A stretch of DNA of 64,000 bases from Eledone cirrhosa (lineage: Eukaryota): positions 22,320,001 to 22,384,000 of the forward strand of contig OZ024760.1 in assembly GCA_964016885.1 (NCBI GenBank), read 5' to 3'. This document shows, piece after piece, positions 43,792 to 60,645 of the stretch (position 1 is the stretch's first letter; every line of letters starts with the position of its first letter). Position numbers and translations under genes: made by a program. The notes beneath the pieces are model-generated. The model did not search any database. It saw nothing but the letters and a program-made list of their open reading frames with translations, and was not told where the DNA came from.

Positions 43792-44449
43792 CATTGAAAA
43801 CATTTATACACATAAATTCATACTTTATTACACCCACACACACATATACACATAAAAATATGTGTGTGCGTGTATGTGCATATGTATATAGAAATATATA
43901 TATATATATATAAATACGTTTGTGTGTATATATATAACACCACATATGAATATATATATATACATACATACAGATTTATACACACACACACACATATATA
44001 TATATATATGTAGATTAACACACACTATATTACATACATAAAATGGACACGGGTTTGTGAAAGCGAGGCTGTAAGAACGTTAATGGAATTTTAATGTGCT
44101 TTAAACAATAGAAAGTAGTAAAAATATTGTTTTAGTCTCTTAACATGGCAGACATCTTGCTTTCGCTGTTGTTTTCCTTGTTTTTATCTTCTCTCTTCCT
44201 TTCTTTCCTTTCCAGCTTATTTCATCTTGGTTATTGAATTTATGTAAGTTTTTATATGGCGGATTTATCTTTTGATTTTTATATCCGTTTTATTGTCATG
44301 TTATTTTTATGATAGGTGTGTGTCTATATATAAATATATACATCTATTTATATATATTATGTATATATATAAATATATATATACACCTATTTATAGTTAT
44401 CATGTATATATATAAATTTTTATATATATATACATAGAGACACTTATAT

Positions 44450-46100
<1,651 letters not shown>

Positions 46101-47029
46101 TATACACACACACACATATATATATAATTCATAATGTATATAATTCACAATATATATAAGTGTATGTTTCTCTGTATATATATATATATAATTCATAATG
46201 TATATAATTCACAATATATATAAGTGTATGTGTGTGAGTATGTATATATATAGTGAATTATATACATATATACATTATGAATTATATGTATGTAGATAAT
46301 ATATAGATTATATATATATATATGTAATTTATATATTTAGTATATATATACATTATACATATATATAAACATCTATATATATACATATATATCGATATTA
46401 ATATATTGAACACTGTTTATTGATTTTGTTATTCTTGTTGATGTTGTTATGGCAACAGTGTTGGTGTTGATAGTTGTTGAGACAGTTATCGTTAGGGGGT
46501 GGGAGTGGAGATGAGAGTGGGTTATCTTTCCTTGTATTTTCTTTATTTTTTTTTTTTGCTGTGGCTGTTGATTGATATTGTTGTTGTTATTGTCATTGCT
46601 GTTCTTTCTGTTCCGTTTTATTGTTGTTGTCATTGCTGCTGCTATTACTAAGGGTTTCTCACTAGCTCCAGTTTAACCATAGACGGTGAATTGTAAGAGC
46701 TGTTACAAAGTCGGATATAATGCTTTACGGCAGTCAAACTGAGGCTTTCCAGGGTCACGTGACTCATATGCGTTGTCTGTGGGCCGCATACGACAACTGA
46801 TTTTTTAAATTTTATATTACGAAGATAAAACATGCTCACGCTTTAAAAACCTTTGTACGGGCCGCAAGTTTGCTTGTAAAGGGCCGTATTTAAGACATGC
46901 TTGCTTTACGGTATTCATTTAGGCTCCCTGCTTTCTGAGGTCGAATCTTCCTCACGGAGCAGAGGGCCTTATTTCCCTCTTGTCGTGCTCATTTCCATTT
47001 TCTCACACTCTAAACTCTTGGAGAGAGCT

Positions 47030-47740
47030 GGTAACCGCTTGAAGCAGTAAGTCTTTCTCACTTCTCTTCTCTCAATCTCTAGGCCTTCTGGAAAAAAAAT
47101 CTGCTGTATTCACACTTCGAGAGAGGAGATAGCCTCAGACAGCAGGAAATCTTTCTCATTTCCATTCTCTCATTCCTTATCCTTTCTGGAAGAAATCTGC
47201 TGTATTCAGACTTAGGGAGAGGAGAGAGAGCTGATAGACTCTTTGAGCAGTAAGTCTTCACTTCCCTTCTCACAATCTCTAGCATTTCTAGAATAAATCT
47301 ACTGTATGCAGACTTGGAGAGGGGAGAGAGCAAGAATCCTCAGAGAGCAGGATAAAGTTTGTCTCACTTCCATTGTCTCACTCCTTATCCTCTCTGGAAG
47401 AAATCTGCTGTGTCCATACTTGGAGAGAGCATGGTTCCTCGGAGAGCAGGAAGTCTTTCTCATTTCCTTTTTCTCACTCTTTAGGCTTTCTGGAAGAAAT
47501 CTGCTGTGTCCAGATTTGGAGGAAAGAGAGAGCAGGGTTCCCCAGAGAGCAGGAAGTCTTTTTGATTTCCATCCTCTCACATGAACCTTTCTGGAAGAAA
47601 TCTGTTCTTTTCAGACTTAGAGAGAGGAGAGCGCAGAGGGCCTCAGAGAGCAGGATACAGTCTTTCTGGCTTCCATCCACTCACTTCCTATCCTTTCTGG
47701 TAGAAATCATCTTTATTCAGACTTGGAGTGAGGAGATGGG
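47030..47740. repeat. Degenerate ~100-120-bp tandem repeat
   Basis: Recurrent TTCTGGAAGAAATCTGCTGT...ACTTGGAGAG...GAGCAGGAAGTCTTTCTCA. Confidence 0.8.
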
Positions 47741-48380
47741 CTCCAGCAGGTTACAAAGATTCCTTAAAATCGCCGTATTTCAATACGGTGTCCCTACAAC
47801 ACCGTTGGGAGTTAGGGGTCGATACCTACCATTTACCCACAAATATATCAAACCTATGACCAAAATGGCGTTCCAGGTTGGACCATCCAATCTTGGAGAT
47901 AACATAGCTCAGTATATTTTTTAAAACAGTTCAACGTCTTATGCTATGACGTTCCATCTCTGACCATCCTGTCCATTATTATCTCAATGATTATATCGTC
48001 TAATATATCTCTAAAGACATACCTACCATAACCATCGCCAACACCATCATAACTATCATCATCATCAACCCTAACACCACCATCAGTATTATCACCATCA
48101 TCATCAAAACTACTAACACCATCACCATAATGACGGCGTCGACATCCACCATCATCATCACCACTACCATTACTAACATTACCTCCGTAACTACAACTAA
48201 CGCCACCATCACTACCACTAACACCACCACTGCCACTACTATTGTTACTACCTCTCTTTTACCTCTGCAATATTAAATTTATATTATATATAACTTTTAT
48301 ATATAGAAATAGCCGCAGAAACGGCTTGAGCTCTGCCGTCGGGGTTAAACATTTTTCTATATATATATATATATATATAA

Positions 48381-48479
<99 letters not shown>

Positions 48480-48559
48480 TATAATATATAAATATAAATA
48501 TATATATATAAATATATAATATATAAATATATATATATATATAATATATAAATATATAT

Positions 48560-48980
48560 ATATACGATATTAAACAAATGGAAACTATATTTATAAAACC
48601 ATATTTATTTCATTATACATATTTCAGGGATACCATATTAAAAATATGGCATGCCTTCGTCAGATAAAATACAATATATAAACAGTTTTATAAATAATTT
48701 TGACGTGCCATAAATATAAGCGACCATATAAGCTTCCTACCTTAATGGTCGCTTATATTTATGGTACGTCAAAATTATTTACAAAACTGTTTATATATTG
48801 TATTTTATCTGACGAAGGCATGTCATATTTTTAATATGGTATCCCTGAAATATGTATAATGAAATAAATATGGTTTTATAAATATAGTTTCCATTTGTTT
48901 AATATCGTATATCTACTCCAAAAACTTGTCGAGTGCTTTATATCGGTTATAAAATATTTACTTGTTGTAACCCAACAATT
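48560..48980 (+). mobile_element. PLE-like fold-back (palindrome 48560-48911 plus tail)
   Basis: Arms ~168 bp with a 17-nt spacer; HHRs at 48606-48671 (-) and 48801-48866 (+); (TA)n on both sides. Confidence 0.85.
48801..48866 (+). ncRNA. Hammerhead ribozyme
   Basis: TATTTTAT-CTGACGA-AGGCATGTCATATT-TTT-AATATGGTATCCCT-GAAA-TATGTA-TA-ATGAAATA. Confidence 0.85.
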
Positions 48981-48994
48981 TTAAATAAAACTTT

Positions 48995-49031
<37 letters not shown>

Positions 49032-50077
49032 AATTTTAGTTTATATACTTGTCCTACGTTCTTTTAAAAAATTATATTATTTGTTCTCATGTTTCTTTTT
49101 CTATTTTTCATCAATTACTACTACTACTACTACTAGCACCACCACTACTACTACTATTGTTTTTTCTTGTCATCACCATCACCATAGTCATCTACACCAC
49201 TATCGTTTTCATCATCATCATCATTAATCATTATCATCATTATTATTGTTGTTTCTATTTTCTAATATATTACCAACATCATATTTTTTCTCACTCAGTA
49301 TATTTTCTCCTTTTTCACTCCCTACTTTGTTCTCAACTTTCACTATCCACTCTTCTTCGTTATAAACTAATATAGTAGAAAAGAAATTGGATATTTTTTT
49401 TCTTCTGAAACATTAAAAAAAAAAATAAATTGAAAGATGGTATAAATTTTATTTATATTTTTTTTTAATGTTTTTTTTTTTATAAAGAAGTTATATCTTG
49501 CAATATGTATGTGTGTCTATATATATATATGTGCGTGCGTGAGTGGGTGGGGGTGTATATTCATGTGTGTATGTGTATATACATATGTGTGTGTATGCGT
49601 GAGTGGGGGTGTATTATCGTGAGTGTGTATGTGTGTGTCTATGTGTGTATGTGTTTCGTGTATGTGTGTATGTGTGTTTGCCTGTGTGCGTATGTGTTCG
49701 CCCATGTCTATATGTACTTGCCTCTGTGCATATGTGTGTGCGTGGTTGTGTAAGTGAATATTTGTTTGTGTGTGTGTTGTGAGTGTTTGTGTGTTGTGAG
49801 TGTTTGCGTGTTGTGAGTGTTTGTGTGTGAGAGTGTTGGTGCATTGTTAGTGTTCGTTTGTGAGTGCTTGTGTGTGGGAGTATGTGTTCGGCCGTGTATG
49901 CACATGTATTTGCGTGTTTGAATTGCGTATGTGTGTGTGAACGTCTGTATGTATGTGTGCAAGTGTGTTTCATTCGGCTTTCATTTTTAACATATATATG
50001 GCTACTTGCTTTTCTTACATTCAATTTCCTCAGAAGATTCTTGCCCCACCACGCCCTGGTCTACACACTTCCTTCAT

Positions 50078-50357
50078 CAGTATCGGTAGAGCGCCAGACA
50101 CCATGCTTTGCGGCATAGAGTTATGGCCCTTTACGTTCAAAGCCCGCCGAGGTTAACTTTGCCTTCCATCCTTACGGGGTCGATAAAATAAGGTACCAGT
50201 AATACACTGGATAATTGCTGGCCTTGTGCCAAAAGTAGAAACAATTATGGTTGAGCGTCAGATACCATGCTTTGGGCATTTAGTTACATTCCTTTACTTG
50301 CCGAGGCCAGCTTTGACTTTCATCCTTACTGGGGTCGATCATATAAAGTACCAGTAA
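50078..50357 (+). mobile_element. Two adjacent SINE family A fragments
   Basis: Both carry CTTTG(C/A)CTT(C/T)CATCCTTAC..GGGGTCGAT...GTACCAGTAAT. Confidence 0.75.
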
Positions 50358-51059
50358 TCCATCAAGGACGATTTAATCGTGAGAGAGGGGGTGAGAGATG
50401 GAGAGAGGGAGTGAGAGGGAGTGAGAGGGAGGGAGTGAGAGTGTGGGAGTGAGATGGAATGAGATGGAGTGAGATGGAATGAGAGGGAGTGAGACAGGGA
50501 GTGAGAGAGGGAGTGAGAGAGGGAGTGAGAGAGGGAGTGAGAGAGGGAGTGAGAGAGGGAGTGAGAGAGGGAGTGAGAAAGAGAGAGAGCGAGAGATGGA
50601 GTGAGAGAGGGAGTGAGATAGTGAGTGAGATAGTGAGTGAGAGAGGGAGTGAGAGAGGGAGTGAGAGAGGGAGTGAGAGAGGGAGTGAGAGAGGGAGTGA
50701 GAGAGGGAGTGAGAAAGGGAGTTAAAGAGGGAGTTAGAGAGGGAGTTTCGAAAACATTAATAAAAACAACAATACAACAACAACAATACAACAACAACAA
50801 TACAACCAACGTATACACCATACAAATAACAAAGGCAGCAGCCACCAAAAACGAACAAATTTTCGCCATCTCCAAACGTTAAATTCCAAGGGAGACAACT
50901 ACAGTTTACCGGTTCTCTCAGTAGATAGAACCACATGGTGTAGTTAATTGATATTTATACAAAGAGGCTAAATGTTTGATTATAAAACATAATCATCTAG
51001 ACATATTTGTAATTTCTCCTCTGTGATGTTTGCCTCGATATTTACACACACACACACAC

Positions 51060-51097
<38 letters not shown>

Positions 51098-51134
51098 AAC
51101 ACACATACCTATACATACACATATATATACATAC

Positions 51135-51165
<31 letters not shown>

Positions 51166-52420
51166 CAAACACACATATATACACACACATGTACACACAT
51201 ATATACACATATATATATATATATACATATATACATATACATATATATACATATATATACATATATATACATATATATATATACATATATATATATACAT
51301 ATATATATATACATATATATATATACATATATATATACACATATATATATACATATACATATATATATATACATATATATATACACATATATATATACAT
51401 ATATATATATACATATATATATATACATATATACATATATACATACATATATATATACATACATATACATACATATATATATATACATATATACATATAC
51501 ATATATACATATATACATATACACATATACATATACATATATACATATACATATATACATATACATATATACATATACATATATACATATACATATACAT
51601 ATATACATATACATATACACATATACATATACACATATATATATACACATATATATATACACATATATATATACACATATATATATACACATATATATAT
51701 ACATATATATATACATATATATATACATATATACACATATATATACACATATATATACACATATATATATACATATATACACATATATATATACATATAT
51801 TCACATATATATATACATATATATATATACATATATATATGTACACATATATATACATATATATATGTACACATATATATGTACACATATATATATGTAC
51901 ACATATATATATGTACACACATATATATGTACACATATATATATGTACACATATATATATGTACACATATATATATGTACACATATATATATGTACACAT
52001 ATATATATGTACACATATATATATGTACACATATATATATGTACATATATATATATGTACGCATATATATATGTACACATATATATATATGTACACATAT
52101 ATATGTACACATATATATATGTACACATATATATATGTATACACATACATATATATATACACATACATATATATATATACACATACATATATATATATAC
52201 ACATACATATATATATATACACATACATATATATATACACATACATATACACATACATACACACGCATACATACACATATATATATAGATACATACATAT
52301 AACAAAGACAGCATCAAACAAAACTAACTACACATATATATACACATACATATATACATACATATATACATATATATATATATTATGTATATATATATAC
52401 ATATATATACATATATATAC

Positions 52421-52451
<31 letters not shown>

Positions 52452-52574
52452 CATATATATTATGTATATAAGGTCAGGTGAATCAGTAGATTTGTGGTTT
52501 ACAAAGAAAGGTACCAAAACTAAAATTCTATGCTGTAGCAGAATGTATACAATGTGAAACCTCTCCCTCTCTCT

Positions 52575-52656
<82 letters not shown>

Positions 52657-53947
52657 GAATACCTGGCAGAGGTGTCAAAACAGTGTACTATGAACTGCTG
52701 ACAAGCTGAAATGCTAAAATGCCTTAAACATATATCAAAACTGACATAATGGTAACTCATGTAGCAAACGATTCTTAGGCACCAACCCACATAAAATAAC
52801 TCCTAAAACGCCTTCAAAGTTATGTAAAATTGAAATAATACGTAATTAGGTTTCAGTACTGTTTGTGAAGATCACCTGACCACCATTTTCTATAGACATA
52901 ACTATAACAATTATCAGGTTTATAATTCTTTCTCGCTTCTCTAACTTGGTCCCCTTTTGTGAATTCCTCGTATTTCCTGAGTTGATTAAAGATTGCAGAA
53001 CTCTAGCTTGAAATCCAAAGTAGCTTTATGATTTATAGGGGTAGAATATGTAGTTATTTCAGGGTGGCTACACATACAGTCACACACAGACATAAATACA
53101 CACACACACACAGAAACTTACATACATACACACATAAGTTGGTGTTAAGATATATCATTATAAATGGCAACATTTATTGCAGTAGTCAATACTGGTGCGA
53201 GAGCCAACATCATAAAACACCTTGGTTTCTTGGTAGTTCGACTTTCCACACACTTATACATGATGGCTATAAACTCTGCTAAGAGTATTGCAATCACTTT
53301 TCAGATTACAGAATATGGTGCACTTTTAGGGCGACGGCCAGCCACACGAACCTTTAACAGATCCTGAATAAGAAATGCCGGTGCTTTGTGAAAGACCTTG
53401 CACTTGACTAACACCATCTCCGAGTATCGAAACACTAGCTGAAAAGGAGAACTGGTTGACTTCATCAGATGTTTCCTAAGCCGCAGGTACTTTTTTCAGA
53501 GTTTTGCGTCTCCTAGAAAGGTGTTGGAGCAACAACTGGGGAGCTTTCACTCTCAGGTGAAAAAAAAAAGTACTATTTGGATAGCTGTTGACTCTGCTGA
53601 ATTCTTCCGCCCATTGCCGGGTGTTGCATTTCATCCATCAGGGTGTCCAAATATAACCCTTTTCACCAAACAAGCTTGGTAGGGTTGCCGATTTAGTCAC
53701 CGTCGACCTGATCACGAGACAGGTTGTATTGGGTTACATAATACCAATACCACTCAAGAGCGACCTGACATACCATACATACATACATACATACATACAT
53801 ACATACATACATACATACATGAATGAATATAAAGTTATACTAGCGCCTGAAGAAAGTTCACTATTTGGAGGCCATTTTGTATTTGGAGGCATGGTCAAAT
53901 TTGGCCTTGTAACTTTAGGTAACTCATTTGCCCTGTGTAGGAACATA

Positions 53948-54118
53948 CCATATTTCCCGACGCCAAAGATGCTTTGTTCTCGAGGACGCACCCTAATTTT
54001 GACAACCAAAATATTTGAGAAAAAAAATAATAAACAACCTTGGGGCTCCAGGACGCATGGCAGATTTTTGAGACTTATTTTAGGAAAAAAGTAGCGACTT
54101 CAACGCTGGGAAATGCGG
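53948..54118. mobile_element. Tc1/mariner-superfamily (pogo/Tc2-like) MITE
   Basis: TA-CCATATTTCCCG ... GGGAAATGCGG-TA imperfect TIRs with TA TSD. Confidence 0.65.
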
Positions 54119-54124
54119 TAAATG

Positions 54125-54194
<70 letters not shown>

Positions 54195-54670
54195 AAAGTA
54201 AACATAACAAAAACCAATATATATATATATATATACTAATTAAAAACAACAGGCCGGGTTGAAAACAAGTTTAATTCCGGGAAAATAATATAGATATTTC
54301 AATAGCACAGCTTCATCATCCAAATATGATATAAGACCCACAAGACTTAATTAGGTATTAATTACAGAATTAGTTATATTTGTGAACAGGAATTTGGCGA
54401 AGACAAGCAGAATATTCTCGATGAATCTCTTGGGCCTTGCATCATATTCGTATAATGAAGCTGAGCTATTTAAATGTGTATAAAGTTGCGGAAATAAAAT
54501 TAGAAAGATTCCTGCCCGTCTTTGTGTTATTTTTAATGAGTGTATATTATATATATATATATTATATATATATATTCGGTAATTCCGAAGGAAAAGCAAA
54601 GGAAAAAAGAGTGCTCTATGTATAAAACAGAGCTATTTAATTAGAAAGTGAACAACACAAAATATAACTA

Positions 54671-54738
54671 CTCCATTACCAAAGGTTTCTGGATCACAGA
54701 CAATAATAATATACGTATGGATCGGTCGTCAGACAGAG
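54671..54738 (-). ncRNA. Degenerate HHR within small fold-back 54643-54770
   Basis: Minus strand CTCTGT-CTGACGA-...-GAAA-CCTTTGG-TA-ATGGAG; stems I and III pair, stem II is partly broken. Confidence 0.55.
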
Positions 54739-54795
54739 ATAACATCTGTCTGATGTGTTGTTCACTTTCTCTCTCTCTCTCTTTATATATATATA

Positions 54796-55269
54796 TATAA
54801 GGAAAAAAGATGAAATCGAAAATGCAACTGGAGTCTTTTAAAAAATATTTATTTGGTTCCTTTACCGGTTTCGCAGTTCTTGTGCTTTTCAAAAGTAGAA
54901 CTGAGATGGAGGGTTTGTGGTTTTTCTCACATCTGGTTGGTCTTTGAATGTTACTTCTGTGTTATACGGAAATATAATAAGAACTTTGCAACGCAAACTG
55001 GCGCGAAATTTATTATACTTATTCACATGACAGTCATCAACCAACCATATTACTTCTCTAAAAACCTAGCATATTGAGCCACTTTTTTCCATATAAAACA
55101 GAAGTAACATTCAAACACCAACCAGATGTGAGGAAAACCACAAACCCTCCATCTCAATTCTACTTTTGAAAAGCACAAGAACTACGAAACCGGTAAAGGA
55201 ACCAAATAAATATATTTAAAAAAAAAAAACACTCCAGTTGCATTTTCGATTTCATCTTTTTTCCTTATA
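54796..55269. mobile_element. PLE-like fold-back with ~175-bp arms and U3:A8 HHR variants
   Basis: CTT-TTGAAAA-GCA-CAAGAAC-TGC-GAAA-CCGG-TA-AAG at 54860-54895 (-) and a mutated copy at 55163-55198 (+). Confidence 0.75.
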
Positions 55270-55510
55270 CTTTCACTCGTGTAGGACACCTCGTTTTTCT
55301 TCATTAAAAAACCCCCACTTTCTAAGATACACACATTCTTTTACCTGTTTCAGCCATCCGGCTGAGGCCATGCTGGGGCACCGCCCTTATATATATATAT
55401 CCAGGAAGTGTAAGGTGAAGATACTGTAGGTTCACCCAGGTGAGCACTCGGTGTTTAGGTTCAAGTCAGTGGCGAGGTGTAAAACTAGACAGAGTGTAAT
55501 ATAATAATAC

Positions 55511-55741
55511 AAGGACCATTTGTTAAGCCTTCATTACGTTTTCTCATTGGTGACGTGCGTTTCACTATTGATGAGCTCAAGGTTCGATCTGTATCGATAT
55601 GTCATTACAACAGGAGTGGTAAGACGAGCTTTTGATTCCAGAGTCGGGCGAAATCGATACAGATCGAACCTTGAGCTAATCAATAGCGAAAACGCGCGTC
55701 ACCAATCAATAAAGGTATTGAAGGCTTAACAAATCGTCCTT
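55511..55741 (+). mobile_element. PLE-like fold-back with ~88-bp arms and a degenerate long-stem-II HHR (55617-55704)
   Basis: TGGT/ACCA stem I; AAGACGA core; GCTTTTGATT/AATCAATAGC stem II; GAAA; ACGCGCGT; GUC. Confidence 0.65.
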
Positions 55742-56371
55742 ATATATATATATAAGAAGAAATTAAAAGATGGTTAAAAAAGTTCCATGTATTTTATTAT
55801 GCGCATTTCGAAAACAAATATCATCCTGGGACGATATTTGCGTTCTCACCTCCTACATTATATATATATGTAATATTATATATGTTCATAAATGGCGCTA
55901 CCCAATGAGAGACAAGGAGAGAGAATGATTGAGTGTCTGTGTGTGTGTATACCTCTCTTTCTGTGTACGTGTGTGTGTGTGGAATCAGGGGCTACCAATG
56001 AGCGAATGTATATAATGTAGTATTCTCTAGCACCAGTATAGACTATTTCATCAGTAAATGTTTCTTCCTATTTATAATGCTATGAGAGAGAAAGAGAGAA
56101 AGTAAGAGAGAAGGAGAAAGAGAGAGAAAGAGAGAAAAAGAGAGAGAGAAAAAGAGAGAAAGAGAGAGAGATAAAGAGAGAGAGAGAAAGAAAGAGAGAG
56201 CGAGAGTAACAGAGCCGAACTACCACGAAACCAAGGTGTGTTATGGTGGCCGTAGCACCAGTATTGACTACTTCAATAAATGTTACCATTTATAATGATA
56301 TATCTTAACACCAACTTATGTGTGTGTGTTTCTGTGCGCGATGTGTGTGTGTATTTGTCTGCGTGTATGTA

Positions 56372-56440
<69 letters not shown>

Positions 56441-56835
56441 CTGTTTCTGTATGTGTGTTTCTGTATGTGTGCATTTCTGTCTCTGTATGTGTGTATGTAA
56501 GTTTCTGTGTGTGTGTATGTAAGTTTCTGTGTGTGTGTGTGTAATTTATGTCTGTGTGTGACTGTATGTGTAGCCACCCTGAAATAACTACATATTCTAC
56601 CCCTATAAATCATAAAGCTACTTTGGATTTCAAGCTAGAGTTCTGCAATCTTTAATCAACTCAGGAAATACGAGGAATTCACAAAAGGGGACCAAGTTAG
56701 AGAAGCGAGAAAGAATTATAAACCTGATAATTGTTATAGTTATGTCTATAGAAAATGGTGGTCAGGTGATCTTCACAAACAGTACTGAAACCTAATTACG
56801 TATTATTTCAACTTTACATAGGGCTATGGTATGGC

Positions 56836-57035
56836 NNNNNNNNNNNNNNNNNNNNNNNNNNNNNNNNNNNNNNNNNNNNNNNNNNNNNNNNNNNNNNNNN
56901 NNNNNNNNNNNNNNNNNNNNNNNNNNNNNNNNNNNNNNNNNNNNNNNNNNNNNNNNNNNNNNNNNNNNNNNNNNNNNNNNNNNNNNNNNNNNNNNNNNNN
57001 NNNNNNNNNNNNNNNNNNNNNNNNNNNNNNNNNNN
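56836..57035. other. Assembly gap (200 N), followed by (GTGC)n to ~57250
   Basis: Direct reading. Confidence 0.99.
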
Positions 57036-57076
57036 GTGCGTGCGTGCGTGCGTGGCGTGCGTGCGTGCGTGCGTGC

Positions 57077-57249
<173 letters not shown>

Positions 57250-57436
57250 TGTGTGCACATATGTTACACGTTTCCAAACACGCATTCAGAATTATGCGAA
57301 CATATACAAACACTTACACCGACATGTAATATATATATATATATATATAATAATAATATATATTATATATATATAATATAATTGTTTCTACTTTAGGCAC
57401 AAGGCCAGCAATTACCCAGTACATTACTGGTACTTT

Positions 57437-57873
57437 AATATATATATAATATATATAATATAATATATATAATATATATAATATATATATATATATATAT
57501 AATATATATAATATATATAATATATATAATATATATAATATATAATATATATAATATAATATATATAATATATATATATATAATATATATATATATAATA
57601 TATAATATATATAATATATATATATATAATATATATATATAATATATATATATAATATATATATATAATATATATATATAATATAATATAATATAATATA
57701 TATAATATATATATATAATATATATATAATATATATATATAATATATATAATATATATATATAATATATATATAAATATATATAATATATATATATAATA
57801 TATATATATAATATATATATATAATATATATAATATATATATATAATATATATATATAATATATATATATAAT

Positions 57874-57916
<43 letters not shown>

Positions 57917-58027
57917 TATATAATATATATATATAATATATATATATAATATATATATATAATATATATATATAATATATATATAATATATATATATATA
58001 TAATATATATATATATATAATATATAT

Positions 58028-58059
<32 letters not shown>

Positions 58060-59188
58060 ATATATATATATATATATAATATATATATAATATATATATA
58101 TATATAATGTAATATATAATATATATAATATAATATATAATATATATAATATAATATATAATATATATAATATAATATATATATATAATATATGTATATA
58201 ATATATATAATATATATATATAAATAATATATATATAATATATATAAATAATATATATATAATATATATAAATAATATATATATATATATATAAATAATA
58301 TATATATAAATATATATAAATAATATATATATAATATATATATAATATAATATATATATATATTATATATATATAATATATATAATATATAATATATATA
58401 AATAATATATATATAATATATATAAATAATATATATATAATATATATATAATATAATATATATATATATTATATATATATATAATATATATAATATATAA
58501 TATATATAATATAATATATATAATTTATACAATATATATATATATAATATATATACATATATATAATATAATATATATAATATATATATAATATATATAT
58601 ATAATATAATATATATAATATATATAATATATAATATATATATAAATATATATAATATATATATAATATATATAAATAATATATATATAATATATATAAA
58701 TAATATATATATAATATATATATATGTAATATATATAATAATATATATAATAATACATAGATATAATATATATATATGTAATATATATCATATATATATA
58801 TAATAATACATAGATATAATATATATATATGTAATATATATCATATATATATAATAATACATAGATATAATATATATATATAATATATATAATATATATA
58901 TATAATAATACATAGATATAATATATATATATGTAATATATATAATATATATATATAATAATACATAGATATAATATATATATATGTAATATATATCATA
59001 TATATATATAATAATACATAGATATAATATATATATATGTAATATATATCATATATATATATAATAATACATAGATATAATATATATATATATATAATAT
59101 ATATAATATATATATATATATAATATATATATATAATATAATATATATATATATATAATATATATATATATAATATATATATATATAT

Positions 59189-59219
<31 letters not shown>

Positions 59220-60645
59220 CAATATATATATATTATATAATATATATATATAATATATATATAATATATATATATAATATAATATATATAATATATATAA
59301 TATAATATATATAATATATAATATATATATATATATAATATATATAATATATATATATAATATAATATATATAATATAATATATATAATATAATATATAT
59401 AATATAATATATATAATATAATATATATAATATAATATATATAATATAATATATATAATATAATATATATATATAATATATATAATATAATATATATATA
59501 TAATATAATATATATAATATATATAATATATAATATAATATAATATATATAATATATATATAATATATATATATAATATATATATAATATATATATATAA
59601 TATATATATATATAATATATATATATAATATATAATATATATATATATATAATATATATATATATAATATATATATATATAATATATATATATAATATAT
59701 AATATATATATATATATAATATATATAATATAATATATATATAATATATATAATATAATATATATATAATATATATAATATAATATATATATAATATATA
59801 TATATAATATAATATATATATATAATATAATATATATATATAATATATATATAATATAATATATATATAATATAATATATATATAATATATATATAATAT
59901 ATATAATATAATATATATAATATAATATATATATATAATATAATATATATAATATATATAATATATAATATAATATATATAATATATATAATATATAATA
60001 TAATATATATAATATAATATATATAATATAATATATATAATATATAATATATATATAATATATATATATAATATATATATAATATATATATATAATATAT
60101 ATATATATAATATATATATATAATATATAATATATATATATATATAATATATATAATATAATATATATATAATATATATAATATAATATATATATAATAT
60201 ATATAATATAATATATATATAATATAATATATATATAATATATATAATATAATATATATATAATATATATAATATAATATATATATAATATAATATATAT
60301 AATATAATATATATATAATATAATATATATATAATATAATATATATATAATATATATATAATATAATATATATATAATATATATAATATAATATATATAT
60401 AATATATATATATATAATATAATATATATATAATATATATATAATATAATATATATATAATATATATAATATAATATATATAATATATATAATATAATAT
60501 ATATAATATAATATATATATAATATATATAATATAATATATATATAATATATATAATATAATATATATATAATATATATAATATAATATATATATAATAT
60601 ATATAATATAATATATATATAATATATATAATATAATAATATATA
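57437..60645. repeat. 3.2-kb (TA)n/(TAA) tract
   Basis: Direct reading. Confidence 0.95.

Noticed and set aside
53455-53475. Minus-strand CTGATGA
   Set aside because: No appropriately placed GAAA; part of an unclassified segment (~53290-53770).
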